Shown here one piece after another: positions 29,093 through 38,045 of a stretch of DNA of 64,000 bases (position 1 is its first letter; each line of letters opens with the position of its first letter). The translations under genes and the position numbers were made by a program. The stretch comes from an uncultured Candidatus Saccharibacteria bacterium (GTDB lineage: Bacteria; Patescibacteriota; Minisyncoccia; Phycocordibacterales; DATDWN01), in assembly GCA_964603545.1 (NCBI GenBank), contig CAZRVD010000003.1:4945-68944 (forward strand). The letters run 5' to 3'. The notes under the pieces are model-generated. The model was not told where the DNA came from. It saw nothing but the letters and a program-made list of their open reading frames with translations, and ran no database searches.

Positions 29093-29203
29093 ATCCAACG
29101 AGAGCACACGGGTGCTGGGAGACCTATCTCCTGGCATGCCGTTTTTTTATCTTGACTTAACAGCATTTGGATTGTAGCATAAACAGAAGGAGACCTAGAC
29201 ACC

Positions 29204-29314
29204 ATGATCAGAACCCTTTTGATTATAGCCGGGTTTTGTGTGGTCGCGGGAGTAGTTGTCTGGTGTGTAGAACACCTATACGGTGGAACACCAGGCAGGA
29301 ATATCGGCGACTAA
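29204..29314 (+). CDS. Second small hydrophobic peptide (36 aa, single TM), G+C-rich foreign
   Basis: AAGGAGACC SD then ATG. MIRTLLIIAGFCVVAGVVVWCVEHLYGGTPGRNIGD. Confidence 0.35.
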   Translation: MIRTLLIIAGFCVVAGVVVWCVEHLYGGTPGRNIGD

Positions 29315-29328
29315 TGCGCACACGTGTG

Positions 29329-29360
29329 CCGGGAAGTGATTCCCGGCGCCGTTTTTCATT
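29329..29360 (+). terminator. Intrinsic terminator of the two-peptide cassette
   Basis: CCGGGAagtgatTCCCGG hairpin followed by CGCCGTTTTTCATTTATTTTATTTT. Confidence 0.55.
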
Positions 29361-29364
29361 TATT

Positions 29365-31995
29365 TTATTTTCTATACGCTCTAAATTGTTTTAAAGCTTT
29401 TTTTAAGTACTTGCCTGTATATGAAAGATCATTATTTGCTACTTCTTCTGGAGTTCCTTTTGCTACCAGCTGTCCCCCACCTTCCCCACCCTCTGGACCG
29501 ATATCCAAAATATAGTCGCTAGACTTTATAATATCCATATTGTGTTCAATAACAAGAACAGTGTTTCCTTTATTTACTAGTTTTTGCAAAATTTCTATAA
29601 GTTTTTTTACATCTTCATAATGCAGTCCAATAGTCGGTTCATCTAAAAGATAAATAGTTTTTTGAACATGAGGTCTGTAAAGTTCTGAGGAAATTTTCAC
29701 ACGTTGCGCCTCTCCTCCAGAAAGAGTTGTGGCAGACTGTCCAAGCTCCAAATACCCTAGCCCTACATCATCCATAGATTGGAGTCTGTCAGAAATTGCC
29801 GGGATATCTTCAAAAAACTTCAGAGCTTCCTCCACTGTCATTTTAAGCACATCGTGAATGCTTTTCTTTTTATAATGAACTTCCAGGGTTTCTTTCATAA
29901 ATCTTTTGCCCTTACAGACGTCGCAAGGCACGTAAACAGTCGGCAAGAAATGCATTTCCACTTCTATCATTCCGTTCCCTTGACAAGTTTCGCAACGACC
30001 CCCTTTTACATTGAAAGAAAATCTGTTACTTCTCCACCCACGGGCACGAGCTTCAGATGTTTCTGCGAACAAATCACGAATAAAGGTCCACGCCCCTGTA
30101 TATGTTGCTGGATTAGAGCGTGGAGTTCTGCCTATGGGTGACTGGTCAATAAGTATTGCCCTGCCCAAATACTCTGTTCCTGTAAAAGACTTACAGTTAT
30201 AAACTTCCGCGGAGCGGTACTTTCTTTCAAAACGCGCCTGCAAGTTTCTGTGCAAAATTTCATAAACAAAAGAAGATTTTCCCGAACCTGATACTCCAGT
30301 GACAGCAACAAATTTACCAAGTGGAATATCCACATTCATATTTTTGATATTAAAAATTTTTCCTCCACGAATCTGTATCTCACCCCGAGGTTCCTCACGT
30401 CTATTTTCTGGAACTTCTATAACTTTGTCTCCACGTAAGTAATCCAAAGTAACAGAGCCAGACAAATTTTTCTTTGCTGTTAACAAATCTTCTAGGTAGT
30501 CAGCCACGACCACATGACCTCCATGTATGCCAGCACCAGGACCAATGTCCACTATGTAGTCAGATGCAAATATTGTATCTTCATCGTGCTCCACAATAAT
30601 AATAGTGTTACCAAGATTTTTTAAATCTATTAGTGTTTGTATAAGTCTGTCATTGTCGCGAGAGTGCAGTCCTATAGTCGGCTCGTCGAGTACGTACAAT
30701 GCTCCCACAAGTCCAGAGCCAAGCTGCGAGGCCAAACGAATTCTCTGGGCTTCTCCACCAGAGAGAGTGTGAGCTCGACGGTCAAGGGATAAATATTCAA
30801 TACCAACATTAATCATAAAAAGAAGTCGTGATTCTATTTCTCGCATCACCACCTTTGAAATATTTTTCTCTCTCTCAGAAAGTTTAAGTCCGTCAAGAAA
30901 GGCAAAGGCATCTTTGATAGACATACTTGTCAGCTCCACAATATTTTTTTTACCAATTAGAACATGTAACGCCTCTTCTCGTAGTCTTGCTCCTTTACAC
31001 TTCAGACAAGCTTCTTTACCAAAAAAATGTCTTGTTCCCAAACCATTACATTCTGGACAAGCACCGTATGGAGAGTTGAAAGAGAAAAGTCTTGGTTCAA
31101 CTTCTGGATACGAGTAACCATCCTTTGGACAAGAAAGTTTAGATGACATGAAAAATTCCTCGGGTTTATAGTCTTTGTTTTTCTCCAGAGCCATATCGCG
31201 AAAAACTATTTTCACTTGACCGTCAGATTCCAGAAGCGACTTTTCTAAATCTTCAGAAAGTCTTTCCTCTGCGCTTTTACTATCTGTCTTGAAATCAAGC
31301 AAAGAAATACTATCTACCAAAACATCTATTGTATGTCTTTTTGTTTTTGAAAGTTCTACTCTATCACGCAAAGATTTTCTTACTCCATCTACTAATATAT
31401 GTGAATATCCTTTACCAAGTAAGTCATATAAAAGTTGGTAGTACTCACCTTTTCTTCCTTTTACAACTGGTGCAAAAATCTCTACGTACATTGGAAGTTG
31501 AATCTTTTTTGAATTTGTTATAAAAATTTTCTTTTTAGCTTCAACTCTTTCTAAAACAAAGTTTTTTATCTCTTCGTTTGAAAGCTTTGTTATTTCATCG
31601 CCACAAACAAGACAATGCGGATGACCAATACGAGAATACAAAATACGGAGATAGTCGTAAATTTCAGTAATAGTCGCTACAGTTGAACGTGGATTATTTG
31701 ATCTAGATTTTTGATCTATAGAAATTGCTGGAGAGAGTCCCACAATTTCATCTACATCTGGTTTTTGCATTTGCCGAAGAAACTGACGAGCATACGAAGA
31801 AAGAGACTCAACATATCTTCTCTGTCCCTCAGCAAAAATAGTATCAAAAGCAAGGGATGATTTTCCCGAACCAGAGAGACCAGTGAAAACCACCATTTTA
31901 TTTCTCGGCATTTCTACAGTTATATTTTTAAGGTTGTGAGTTCTTGCTCCCTTAACGATAATTTTTTCTTGTGATTTGTCTTCTTTTTTAACCAT
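29365..31995 (-). CDS. uvrA: Excinuclease ABC subunit A
   Basis: Two ABC ATPase modules with Walker [13 protein letters not shown] and [10 protein letters not shown], zinc-finger Cys pairs, 876 aa. Confidence 0.95.
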   Translation of the reverse strand: MVKKEDKSQEKIIVKGARTHNLKNITVEMPRNKMVVFTGLSGSGKSSLAFDTIFAEGQRRYVESLSSYARQFLRQMQKPDVDEIVGLSPAISIDQKSRSNNPRSTVATITEIYDYLRILYSRIGHPHCLVCGDEITKLSNEEIKNFVLERVEAKKKIFITNSKKIQLPMYVEIFAPVVKGRKGEYYQLLYDLLGKGYSHILVDGVRKSLRDRVELSKTKRHTIDVLVDSISLLDFKTDSKSAEERLSEDLEKSLLESDGQVKIVFRDMALEKNKDYKPEEFFMSSKLSCPKDGYSYPEVEPRLFSFNSPYGACPECNGLGTRHFFGKEACLKCKGARLREEALHVLIGKKNIVELTSMSIKDAFAFLDGLKLSEREKNISKVVMREIESRLLFMINVGIEYLSLDRRAHTLSGGEAQRIRLASQLGSGLVGALYVLDEPTIGLHSRDNDRLIQTLIDLKNLGNTIIIVEHDEDTIFASDYIVDIGPGAGIHGGHVVVADYLEDLLTAKKNLSGSVTLDYLRGDKVIEVPENRREEPRGEIQIRGGKIFNIKNMNVDIPLGKFVAVTGVSGSGKSSFVYEILHRNLQARFERKYRSAEVYNCKSFTGTEYLGRAILIDQSPIGRTPRSNPATYTGAWTFIRDLFAETSEARARGWRSNRFSFNVKGGRCETCQGNGMIEVEMHFLPTVYVPCDVCKGKRFMKETLEVHYKKKSIHDVLKMTVEEALKFFEDIPAISDRLQSMDDVGLGYLELGQSATTLSGGEAQRVKISSELYRPHVQKTIYLLDEPTIGLHYEDVKKLIEILQKLVNKGNTVLVIEHNMDIIKSSDYILDIGPEGGEGGGQLVAKGTPEEVANNDLSYTGKYLKKALKQFRAYRK

Positions 31996-32129
31996 AATAT
32001 ATCAAAAAATTAACCCTGTCGGCCGTATGGGTTATCTATAGTCAAATATACTAACACGTACTAACTACAATGTACATTGACTTTGTAGCTCTAAATGATA
32101 ATGTCTTTAAAGAAGGGGGTGATGTGACT

Positions 32130-32381
32130 ATGCTGACAAATACCAATGCAAATTTCAAGTTGCCTCCTGAAGAGAAGGTGACATGGATCGACCCTAGCGA
32201 GGCTGGAGATCTTGCGGAGACTGTCACGGAATACATCAGAGTATATGGTAGGGAGGGACTCACACTTCACTCAACCACCAACTCAACAGCACTGGAAAGG
32301 AATATCGTCCTTGCAACCTTGAGAAAAGACGGCAAGATCCTTCCAGGCACCTTCATAAAGTCTCTTCTCCGTAAAGTGTAG
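32130..32381 (+). CDS. Small G+C-rich foreign protein (~83 aa)
   Basis: GGGGGTG SD upstream of the MLTNTNANFK start. Own terminator downstream. Confidence 0.4.
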   Translation: MLTNTNANFKLPPEEKVTWIDPSEAGDLAETVTEYIRVYGREGLTLHSTTNSTALERNIVLATLRKDGKILPGTFIKSLLRKV

Positions 32382-32390
32382 AAAAGAAAC

Positions 32391-32435
32391 GCGGCGCTCC
32401 TCGGAAGTTCGAGGGCGCCGCTGTATCGTATTTAC
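32391..32435 (+). terminator. Intrinsic terminator of the 32130-32381 gene
   Basis: GCGGCGCTCctcggaagttcGAGGGCGCCGC hairpin then a T-rich tail. Confidence 0.45.
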
Positions 32436-34546
32436 ATGAGTAAATCCTTATTTCTTGGATTTTTTAGTTTCATTACTTTCGGTACTTCGAGCTTTTTTTG
32501 AAGTTCTAATATCTCATCACGAAGTATTGCAGCTGTCTCAAAATCCAATATTTTTACCGCTCCATCCATTTGTTTCTCTTTTTGCCTAATAAGTTTCTGT
32601 GGATCTTTTTCAAATAATTTTTTATCTAACTCAAGTAGTGAATCCACAGTTTTTTTGTGTTCTGTTCTCATTTGGTCTGTAATGTCCTGAATTTTCTTGA
32701 TAATAGTTTTTGGAGTTATTCCATGCTTTTTATTGTATTCAATCTGCAAAGTTCTTCTTCGATTTGTTTCGTTTATTGCATACTCCATTGAACCCGTCAT
32801 CCTGTCTGCATACAAAATAACACGACCATCTACATTTCTAGCTGCTCGTCCAATTATTTGCACCAGACTCGTGTCACTTCGAAGAAATCCTTCTTTATCT
32901 GCGTCTAGAATTCCTATTAGTGTTACTTCTGGCAAATCTAACCCTTCTCGAAGTAAATTAACTCCGACAAGCACATCAAACTCACCCTTACGAAGTGAAG
33001 TTAGTATTTCAATTCTGTGAATTGTTTTTATATCACTGTGAAGGTACTCTGCCTTGATTCCCTTTTCTTTTAGATACTCACTTAAATCTTCTGCCATTTT
33101 TTTTGTCAGAGTCGTGGCAATAACTCTACCTCCTTTTTTGATTGCTTTTTCTGCTTCCTGTATAAAATCTTTTATTTGACCAGGATATGCGCTATCGGAG
33201 CCTCCGACCTCAGATGTCTTTGAAGAAGTAATGCGTCTAACTAGAACGACAGGATCTATTAAACCGGTTGGTCGTATTACTTGTTCAACTATTTGCTCAC
33301 TATGTTCTGCTTCATACTTACTTGGTGTTGCTGATGTGTAAATGACTTGACCTACTCGCTCTTCAAATTCTTCAAACTTTAATGGTCTGTTATCTTTTGC
33401 ACTTGGTAACCTAAATCCAAAATCAACTAAAGATTGTTTTCTTGAAGCATCCCCTGCATACATTGCACCGATTTGAGGAACGGAAACATGTGATTCGTCA
33501 ATAACCGTAAGAAAATCTGGATTGCCGTTTTTATCATGAGGAAAATACGAAAGTAAAGTATCCGGCGCTTCGCCAGCTTTTTTGCCCGAGAAATGTCTAG
33601 AGTAGTTTTCTATACCGTTGCAGTAACCCATTTCACGAATAAGAGCTAAGTCATATGTCGTTCTTCTTTTTAATCTTTCCACTTCCAAAAGTTTTCCCTC
33701 TTTTTCAAGCTCTTTTAGTCTAGTTGTTAACTCTAACTTGATGGATTTGAAAGCTCTTTCGTTTTGCTCTTTGTTTGAGATAAAATGTTTTGCAGGAAAG
33801 AGGAAAAAAACTTCAACTGTTTTGATGATTTCTCTGGTTATAGCGTCTATCACTAAAATCTCTTTTATTTTGCCACCAGAAATATCAGAGGCTATTTCCA
33901 ATCTATAAATAACTTTTTCGGAAACTGGCATTATCTCTATCATGTTTCCAATAGCTCGAAACATCCCTGGATTTAAATCTGCGGTAGTTCTTTCAAAATG
34001 AATATCTATAAGATTTCTAATAAAGTCTGCTCTTGATATTTTCTCCCCAGTTTGTATTTTTAAATTTACTTTTTCGTATTCTACTGGAGAACCTAAACCA
34101 TAAATGCATGAGACTGATGCCACAATTATCACATCTTTCCGAGTCAAAAGCGCCTGGGTTGAGGCGTGTCTAAGTCTGTCTATTTCTTCGTTTATCATCG
34201 CTTCCTTCTCTATATACGTGTCAGAAACTGGCATATACGCTTCCGGCTGATAATAGTCATAGTAAGAAACAAAAAAATGTACTGCATTGTTGGGAAAAAA
34301 TTCTCTGTATTCTTGTGCTAGCTGAGCTGCAAGAGTTTTGTTATGAGCAATAACTAGAGTTGGTTTTTGAATTTCTTGTATTACATTGGCTACTGTATAT
34401 GTTTTACCACTTCCAGTCACACCCAAAAGAGTCTGATGTCTCAGACCCTTTTTAAGACCATCCACCAAACCCTTTATGGCTTTTGGCTGGTCTCCCGCCG
34501 GTTCAAATTCTCTCTTTATCTCAAATTTCATTTGGTTACTATACAA
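32432..34546 (-). CDS. uvrB: Excinuclease ABC subunit B
   Basis: GSGKTYTVANVI Walker A, helicase motifs, C-terminal UVR domain. Confidence 0.95.
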   Translation of the reverse strand: MYSNQMKFEIKREFEPAGDQPKAIKGLVDGLKKGLRHQTLLGVTGSGKTYTVANVIQEIQKPTLVIAHNKTLAAQLAQEYREFFPNNAVHFFVSYYDYYQPEAYMPVSDTYIEKEAMINEEIDRLRHASTQALLTRKDVIIVASVSCIYGLGSPVEYEKVNLKIQTGEKISRADFIRNLIDIHFERTTADLNPGMFRAIGNMIEIMPVSEKVIYRLEIASDISGGKIKEILVIDAITREIIKTVEVFFLFPAKHFISNKEQNERAFKSIKLELTTRLKELEKEGKLLEVERLKRRTTYDLALIREMGYCNGIENYSRHFSGKKAGEAPDTLLSYFPHDKNGNPDFLTVIDESHVSVPQIGAMYAGDASRKQSLVDFGFRLPSAKDNRPLKFEEFEERVGQVIYTSATPSKYEAEHSEQIVEQVIRPTGLIDPVVLVRRITSSKTSEVGGSDSAYPGQIKDFIQEAEKAIKKGGRVIATTLTKKMAEDLSEYLKEKGIKAEYLHSDIKTIHRIEILTSLRKGEFDVLVGVNLLREGLDLPEVTLIGILDADKEGFLRSDTSLVQIIGRAARNVDGRVILYADRMTGSMEYAINETNRRRTLQIEYNKKHGITPKTIIKKIQDITDQMRTEHKKTVDSLLELDKKLFEKDPQKLIRQKEKQMDGAVKILDFETAAILRDEILELQKKLEVPKVMKLKNPRNKDLLM

Positions 34547-34622
34547 TAATTTTATATATAACTAAACCCCGTGTTTTACACGAGGGCCTTGTGGGCCGGT
34601 GTAATGTTTTACACCAGCCCAC

Positions 34623-34943
34623 CTACTTTTTTTTCTTAATTGGTAGTTCGTCCTGGTAAACACGACTCACACCACTTGCAGTCCAGACTTCAGTCAACAA
34701 GCCTTGGTTAATCCAATTGTAAATAGCCTTGGTGGAATAACCTGAGTATCTTGAAGCTCTCGTGATTGTCAGCGTGTTTCGATCGGGTTCAGAGGTCACA
34801 AGGCTGTCCCTGTACACAACTTTGTATCCACTCGGAGTCTCGTGACACTCTAGTTTACCCTCCGAAATCCATCTCTTAATGGTACGGATGTCGACACCAA
34901 CGATTTCAGCAGCTTTCTTCTTAGAAATAAGTTCTCTGCTCAC
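34623..34943 (-). CDS. Tandem helix-turn-helix DNA-binding protein (two excisionase/MerR-like HTH repeats)
   Basis: Two HTH units, AAEIVGVDIRTIKRWISEGKL and YSTKAIYNWINQGLL. G+C moderately elevated. Hairpins and a T-run lie downstream on the minus strand. Confidence 0.5.
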   Translation of the reverse strand: MSRELISKKKAAEIVGVDIRTIKRWISEGKLECHETPSGYKVVYRDSLVTSEPDRNTLTITRASRYSGYSTKAIYNWINQGLLTEVWTASGVSRVYQDELPIKKKK

Positions 34944-35007
34944 TACCCCTCCAATCCAATAGACAATAAAACATTATTTTAAATTTTAGTCAAACAAAAA
35001 ACTGTAG

Positions 35008-36219
35008 CTAATTTTTATCGTATTTTACCAAAAACTCCTTTTTATATTTTTTAAAATCACCAAACAACATTTCTTCTCGCATTTTAGAGACTAGGTGTGT
35101 AATAAAGTAAATATTGTGTATGGAAGTTAGCGTAGAAGCTAGCATTTCTTTGCTATGAAAAAGATGAGCAACATAGCTTCTAGTAAAGTTCACGCAGGTG
35201 TAACAACCACAATCCTCGTCGAGCGGTCTTAGATCACTTCTAAACTTTTCGTTAAGTAAATTTATCTTACCAAATTTTGTGTAAGCCCCTCCATTTCTGG
35301 CAATCCTTGTTGGCACGACACAATCAAAAAGATCACAACCATTTTCTACTGCCATAAAAAGATCTTCAGGTTCTCCTATACCAAGTAAATGTCTTGGTTT
35401 TTCTTTTGGAAGTATTTCGTTTACCCATTGCACTGCCTTGTCCATATCTTCTTTATCAAAGGAACCTCCAATACCAAAACCATCAAAATCTAATCCTCCA
35501 ATAAAATCAGCGGACTCTTTTCTTAACCTTTCACTTCTTCCTCCTTGAACTATCCCGAAAAGTGCCTGATACTCTGAATTCGGTTTTGATTTGTGGTATT
35601 CCAAAGATTGTTTTGCCCAACGATGTGTTCTGTCGAGTGCTTCTGCTTGATAATGGTCGCTTTCATTTGGAGAGGTGCACTCATCAAAAGCAAAAATAAT
35701 ATCTGCACCTAGATTATGTTGAATATCAATAGATTTTTCTGGAGTAAAATAATGAGCATCTCCGCTAATATGATCGCGAAACATGACACCATTTGGGTCT
35801 ATTTTTGCTATTTTGGGTAAATCATTTTCTTCATTTAATTCATCTAGTAGAATTTCTTCGTTTTTTTTGTGAGCAATTTTACTTAGTCCATTTTTACCGT
35901 ACGCCACACCAAGAGAAAATACTTGAAATCCTCCAGAGTCTGTCATAAGTGGCCCATTCCAATTCATTGCCTTATGAAGGCCACCAATTTTTGATATCTG
36001 CTCGTGTCCTGGTTCCAAATACAAATGATAAGTATTAGCAATAATAGTCTGCACTCCCGTTTCTTTCACTTGTTCTGGAGTAAGTGACTTTACGGTACCC
36101 TTTGTTCCAACCGCAACAAAAGCTGGAGTCTGTATGTCTCCATGTAGTGTATGTATTGTCCCAACTCTTCCCAAAGTTCCCGCCAACTCTTTATGTATTT
36201 CAAATTTAAGTGACTTCAT
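35008..36219 (-). CDS. tgt: Queuine tRNA-ribosyltransferase
   Basis: DSGGFQ, LLGIGEPEDL, zinc site CGCYTCVNFTRSYVAHL. Confidence 0.9.
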   Translation of the reverse strand: MKSLKFEIHKELAGTLGRVGTIHTLHGDIQTPAFVAVGTKGTVKSLTPEQVKETGVQTIIANTYHLYLEPGHEQISKIGGLHKAMNWNGPLMTDSGGFQVFSLGVAYGKNGLSKIAHKKNEEILLDELNEENDLPKIAKIDPNGVMFRDHISGDAHYFTPEKSIDIQHNLGADIIFAFDECTSPNESDHYQAEALDRTHRWAKQSLEYHKSKPNSEYQALFGIVQGGRSERLRKESADFIGGLDFDGFGIGGSFDKEDMDKAVQWVNEILPKEKPRHLLGIGEPEDLFMAVENGCDLFDCVVPTRIARNGGAYTKFGKINLLNEKFRSDLRPLDEDCGCYTCVNFTRSYVAHLFHSKEMLASTLTSIHNIYFITHLVSKMREEMLFGDFKKYKKEFLVKYDKN

Positions 36220-36283
36220 ATAATTTTTTTAAATCTAACACACTAAAGACCTTTTTCAAAAAACACCTGTATTCACTAACTTT

Positions 36284-36313
36284 TATTTCACAGCGATATA
36301 TCGCTGTGAAATA
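36284..36313. repeat. Perfect 30-bp palindrome TATTTCACAGCGATATATCGCTGTGAAATA, copy 1 (24-bp core TTCACAGCGATATATCGCTGTGAA)
   Basis: Identical to 36584-36613, exactly 300 bp apart. The core also occurs at 63101-63124 and 63561-63584. Confidence 0.9.
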
Positions 36314-36323
36314 TTCTATGTAT

Positions 36324-36540
36324 AAAAAAACGGGTGGGTTGGGAGCGATAGATTGCTCCCTTCCCACCCGGTTCGGACGGTTTCTTTCCACCGTCATTGG
36401 TATTGCTGGCCGACTGCGGCCCTGACACGGACGATCGAACGTGAGTACGAGCGTAAGGTCGAAACAAGCTAGGAGTTCGAAACGGACGAGACAGAGTCGA
36501 AGTTTCCGAGGCAATAGGTGAAGGCATCCCTCCACCGCTA
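36324..36540 (-). ncRNA. Candidate ~215-nt small RNA in a G+C-rich cassette bracketed by the palindromes
   Basis: Promoter TTGACT(36570-36575)-17-TATGCT(36547-36552) on the minus strand. Terminator CGGGTGGGaagggagcaatctatcgctcccaaCCCACCCG + T7 at 36324-36370. No credible ORF (only low-complexity S/P/R read-through frames). Repeated UUCGA-containing hairpins. Confidence 0.35.
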
Positions 36541-36546
36541 ACAGCA

Positions 36547-36575
36547 AGCATACACCCATTCTCTAGTAAAGTCAA
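36547..36575 (-). promoter_or_regulatory. sigma70-like promoter (TTGACT -17- TATGCT) of the candidate sRNA, directly abutting palindrome copy 2
   Basis: Read directly on the minus strand. The palindrome centre lies ~60 nt upstream of the predicted TSS. Confidence 0.45.
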
Positions 36576-36583
36576 GTACACTT

Positions 36584-36613
36584 TATTTCACAGCGATATA
36601 TCGCTGTGAAATA
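36584..36613. repeat. Palindrome copy 2 (identical 30-mer)
   Basis: See 36284-36313. Confidence 0.9.
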
Positions 36614-36624
36614 AAAGAGAGTAA

Positions 36625-36662
36625 CCAAAAAACAGACTTACTTTAGTCTGTTTTTTGGTTTG
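36625..36662 (-). terminator. Bidirectional intrinsic terminator downstream of the FKBP gene
   Basis: CAGACTtactttAGTCTG hairpin with T6 on both strands. Confidence 0.5.
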
Positions 36663-36681
36663 CTTTTTTAAAGTTATTCAA

Positions 36682-37131
36682 TTACTCCACCTTTAACAAC
36701 TCGATTTCGAAAATAAGTGTTGAACCAGCTGGTATGGGCCCATAATCCTGATACCCATACCCAAGCTCTGGAGGAACAACTACTATTCTCTTTCCACCAA
36801 CCCTCATTCCAACAAGTCCTTCATCCCAACCTTTTATAACCTGCCCACTACCTAGCACAAACTGAAACGGTTCACCTCTCGTTACTGAACTGTCAAAAAC
36901 ATTTCCATCTGTAAACTTGCCCGTATAGTGAACCACAACCCTACTTCCAGTTTTTGCTTCTTCTCCTGTTCCAACTACAATATCTTGTCCCATAATTTGT
37001 GAAGTTTGAGCAGTGCTCTCATTTGTTTTACTAAACATTGAAACTAATCCTTGCCCAAAAATAAAGAAAAATCCAACAATAAAAACAGAAACTACTACTG
37101 CTACCCATTCATTTTTACTTAATTTTTTCAT
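36682..37131 (-). CDS. FKBP-type peptidyl-prolyl cis-trans isomerase with N-terminal membrane anchor
   Basis: VVVHYTGKFTDGNVFDSS...GWDEGLVGMRVGGKRIVVVPPELGYG. Confidence 0.8.
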   Translation of the reverse strand: MKKLSKNEWVAVVVSVFIVGFFFIFGQGLVSMFSKTNESTAQTSQIMGQDIVVGTGEEAKTGSRVVVHYTGKFTDGNVFDSSVTRGEPFQFVLGSGQVIKGWDEGLVGMRVGGKRIVVVPPELGYGYQDYGPIPAGSTLIFEIELLKVE

Positions 37132-37217
37132 ATTTTTAATAGAAACTTACAATAATATTTAATGTCTTTGTATATTTATAGTATATACGGTAGGATAAGA
37201 AAAGCAAAATCCATCAA

Positions 37218-37997
37218 ATGAAAAGTAGGCCTAAAAAAACAGTAAAGCAGAAGAGGGTAAATCCGATATCCACACTAGACGTATACCCCATGAGAATAAA
37301 CAAGTACCTTGCTCACAAGGGTGTGGCTACTCGTACAGGGGTAGATGACCTCATAAAAAGCAGTAAAGTTCTTATAAATGGCGTGGTAGCAAAACTCGGA
37401 GATAAAGTAAGTGAAAGCGATAAAGTAGAGGTACGAGGAATACACTCTAAAAAAACTTACGTTTATTTAGCTTACAACAAGCCCAAAGGCACAGTTAGTA
37501 CAAACCCTCAAAGAGATGAGAAAGACATAATGCAGAGCCTAAAATCTTTACCAAAGTCAGACTTTGGCAAGGGTATTTTCCCTGTGGGTAGGATAGACAA
37601 GGAGTCACATGGGTTAATGATACTAACAAACGATGGGAGAATTACAGACAGATTACTTAACCCTATTTATAACCACGAGAAAGAATACGCAGTAAAAGTG
37701 GACAGAGCTTTTACTCCAGGTTTTTTAAGAAACATGCAAGACGGTGTAAACCTTGAAGATGGAGTTACAAAACCAGCAATTGTTAAAAAAATAAAAGAAG
37801 ATACTTTTAGTATCACCTTAACAGAAGGTCGCAATCGCCAAATCAGAAGAATGACAGAAAAATTGGGCTACACAGTCAGAGACTTGGAAAGAATTAGAAT
37901 CCAAAATATAAAATTAGAAAAAACTCCCGAAAACTCTGCTAGAGAAATAACTGGGAACGAAAAAATTGAATTTTTAAAAGGAATTGGTCTGGAATAG
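37218..37997 (+). CDS. rRNA pseudouridine synthase, RsuA/RluB family (S4 + PseudoU_synth_2)
   Basis: S4 domain MRINKYLAHKGVATRTGVDDLIKSSKVLINGV; catalytic PVGRIDKESHGLMILTNDG. Confidence 0.8.
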   Translation: MKSRPKKTVKQKRVNPISTLDVYPMRINKYLAHKGVATRTGVDDLIKSSKVLINGVVAKLGDKVSESDKVEVRGIHSKKTYVYLAYNKPKGTVSTNPQRDEKDIMQSLKSLPKSDFGKGIFPVGRIDKESHGLMILTNDGRITDRLLNPIYNHEKEYAVKVDRAFTPGFLRNMQDGVNLEDGVTKPAIVKKIKEDTFSITLTEGRNRQIRRMTEKLGYTVRDLERIRIQNIKLEKTPENSAREITGNEKIEFLKGIGLE

Positions 37998-38045
37998 TAA
38001 AAAATCACTCTTGCCAGCCTTGCTCCACCCAAGTACAATAGTCCT

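Noticed and set aside
28963-29205. Minus-strand 80-aa ORF in the two-peptide cassette
   Set aside because: It lies antisense to two SD-preceded small ORFs and has no ribosome-binding site. I kept the + strand peptides and terminator as the more coherent reading, though with modest confidence.
36206-36581. ORFs 36206..36559 (117 aa) and 36288..36581 (97 aa) on the minus strand across the G+C-rich cassette
   Set aside because: Both read straight through the intrinsic terminator and the flanking perfect palindrome (translated as FTAIYRCEI). They are low-complexity S/P/R/G-rich and lack a plausible SD-start arrangement. They look like open-frame artefacts of G+C-rich non-coding DNA, so the region is treated as an sRNA candidate instead.
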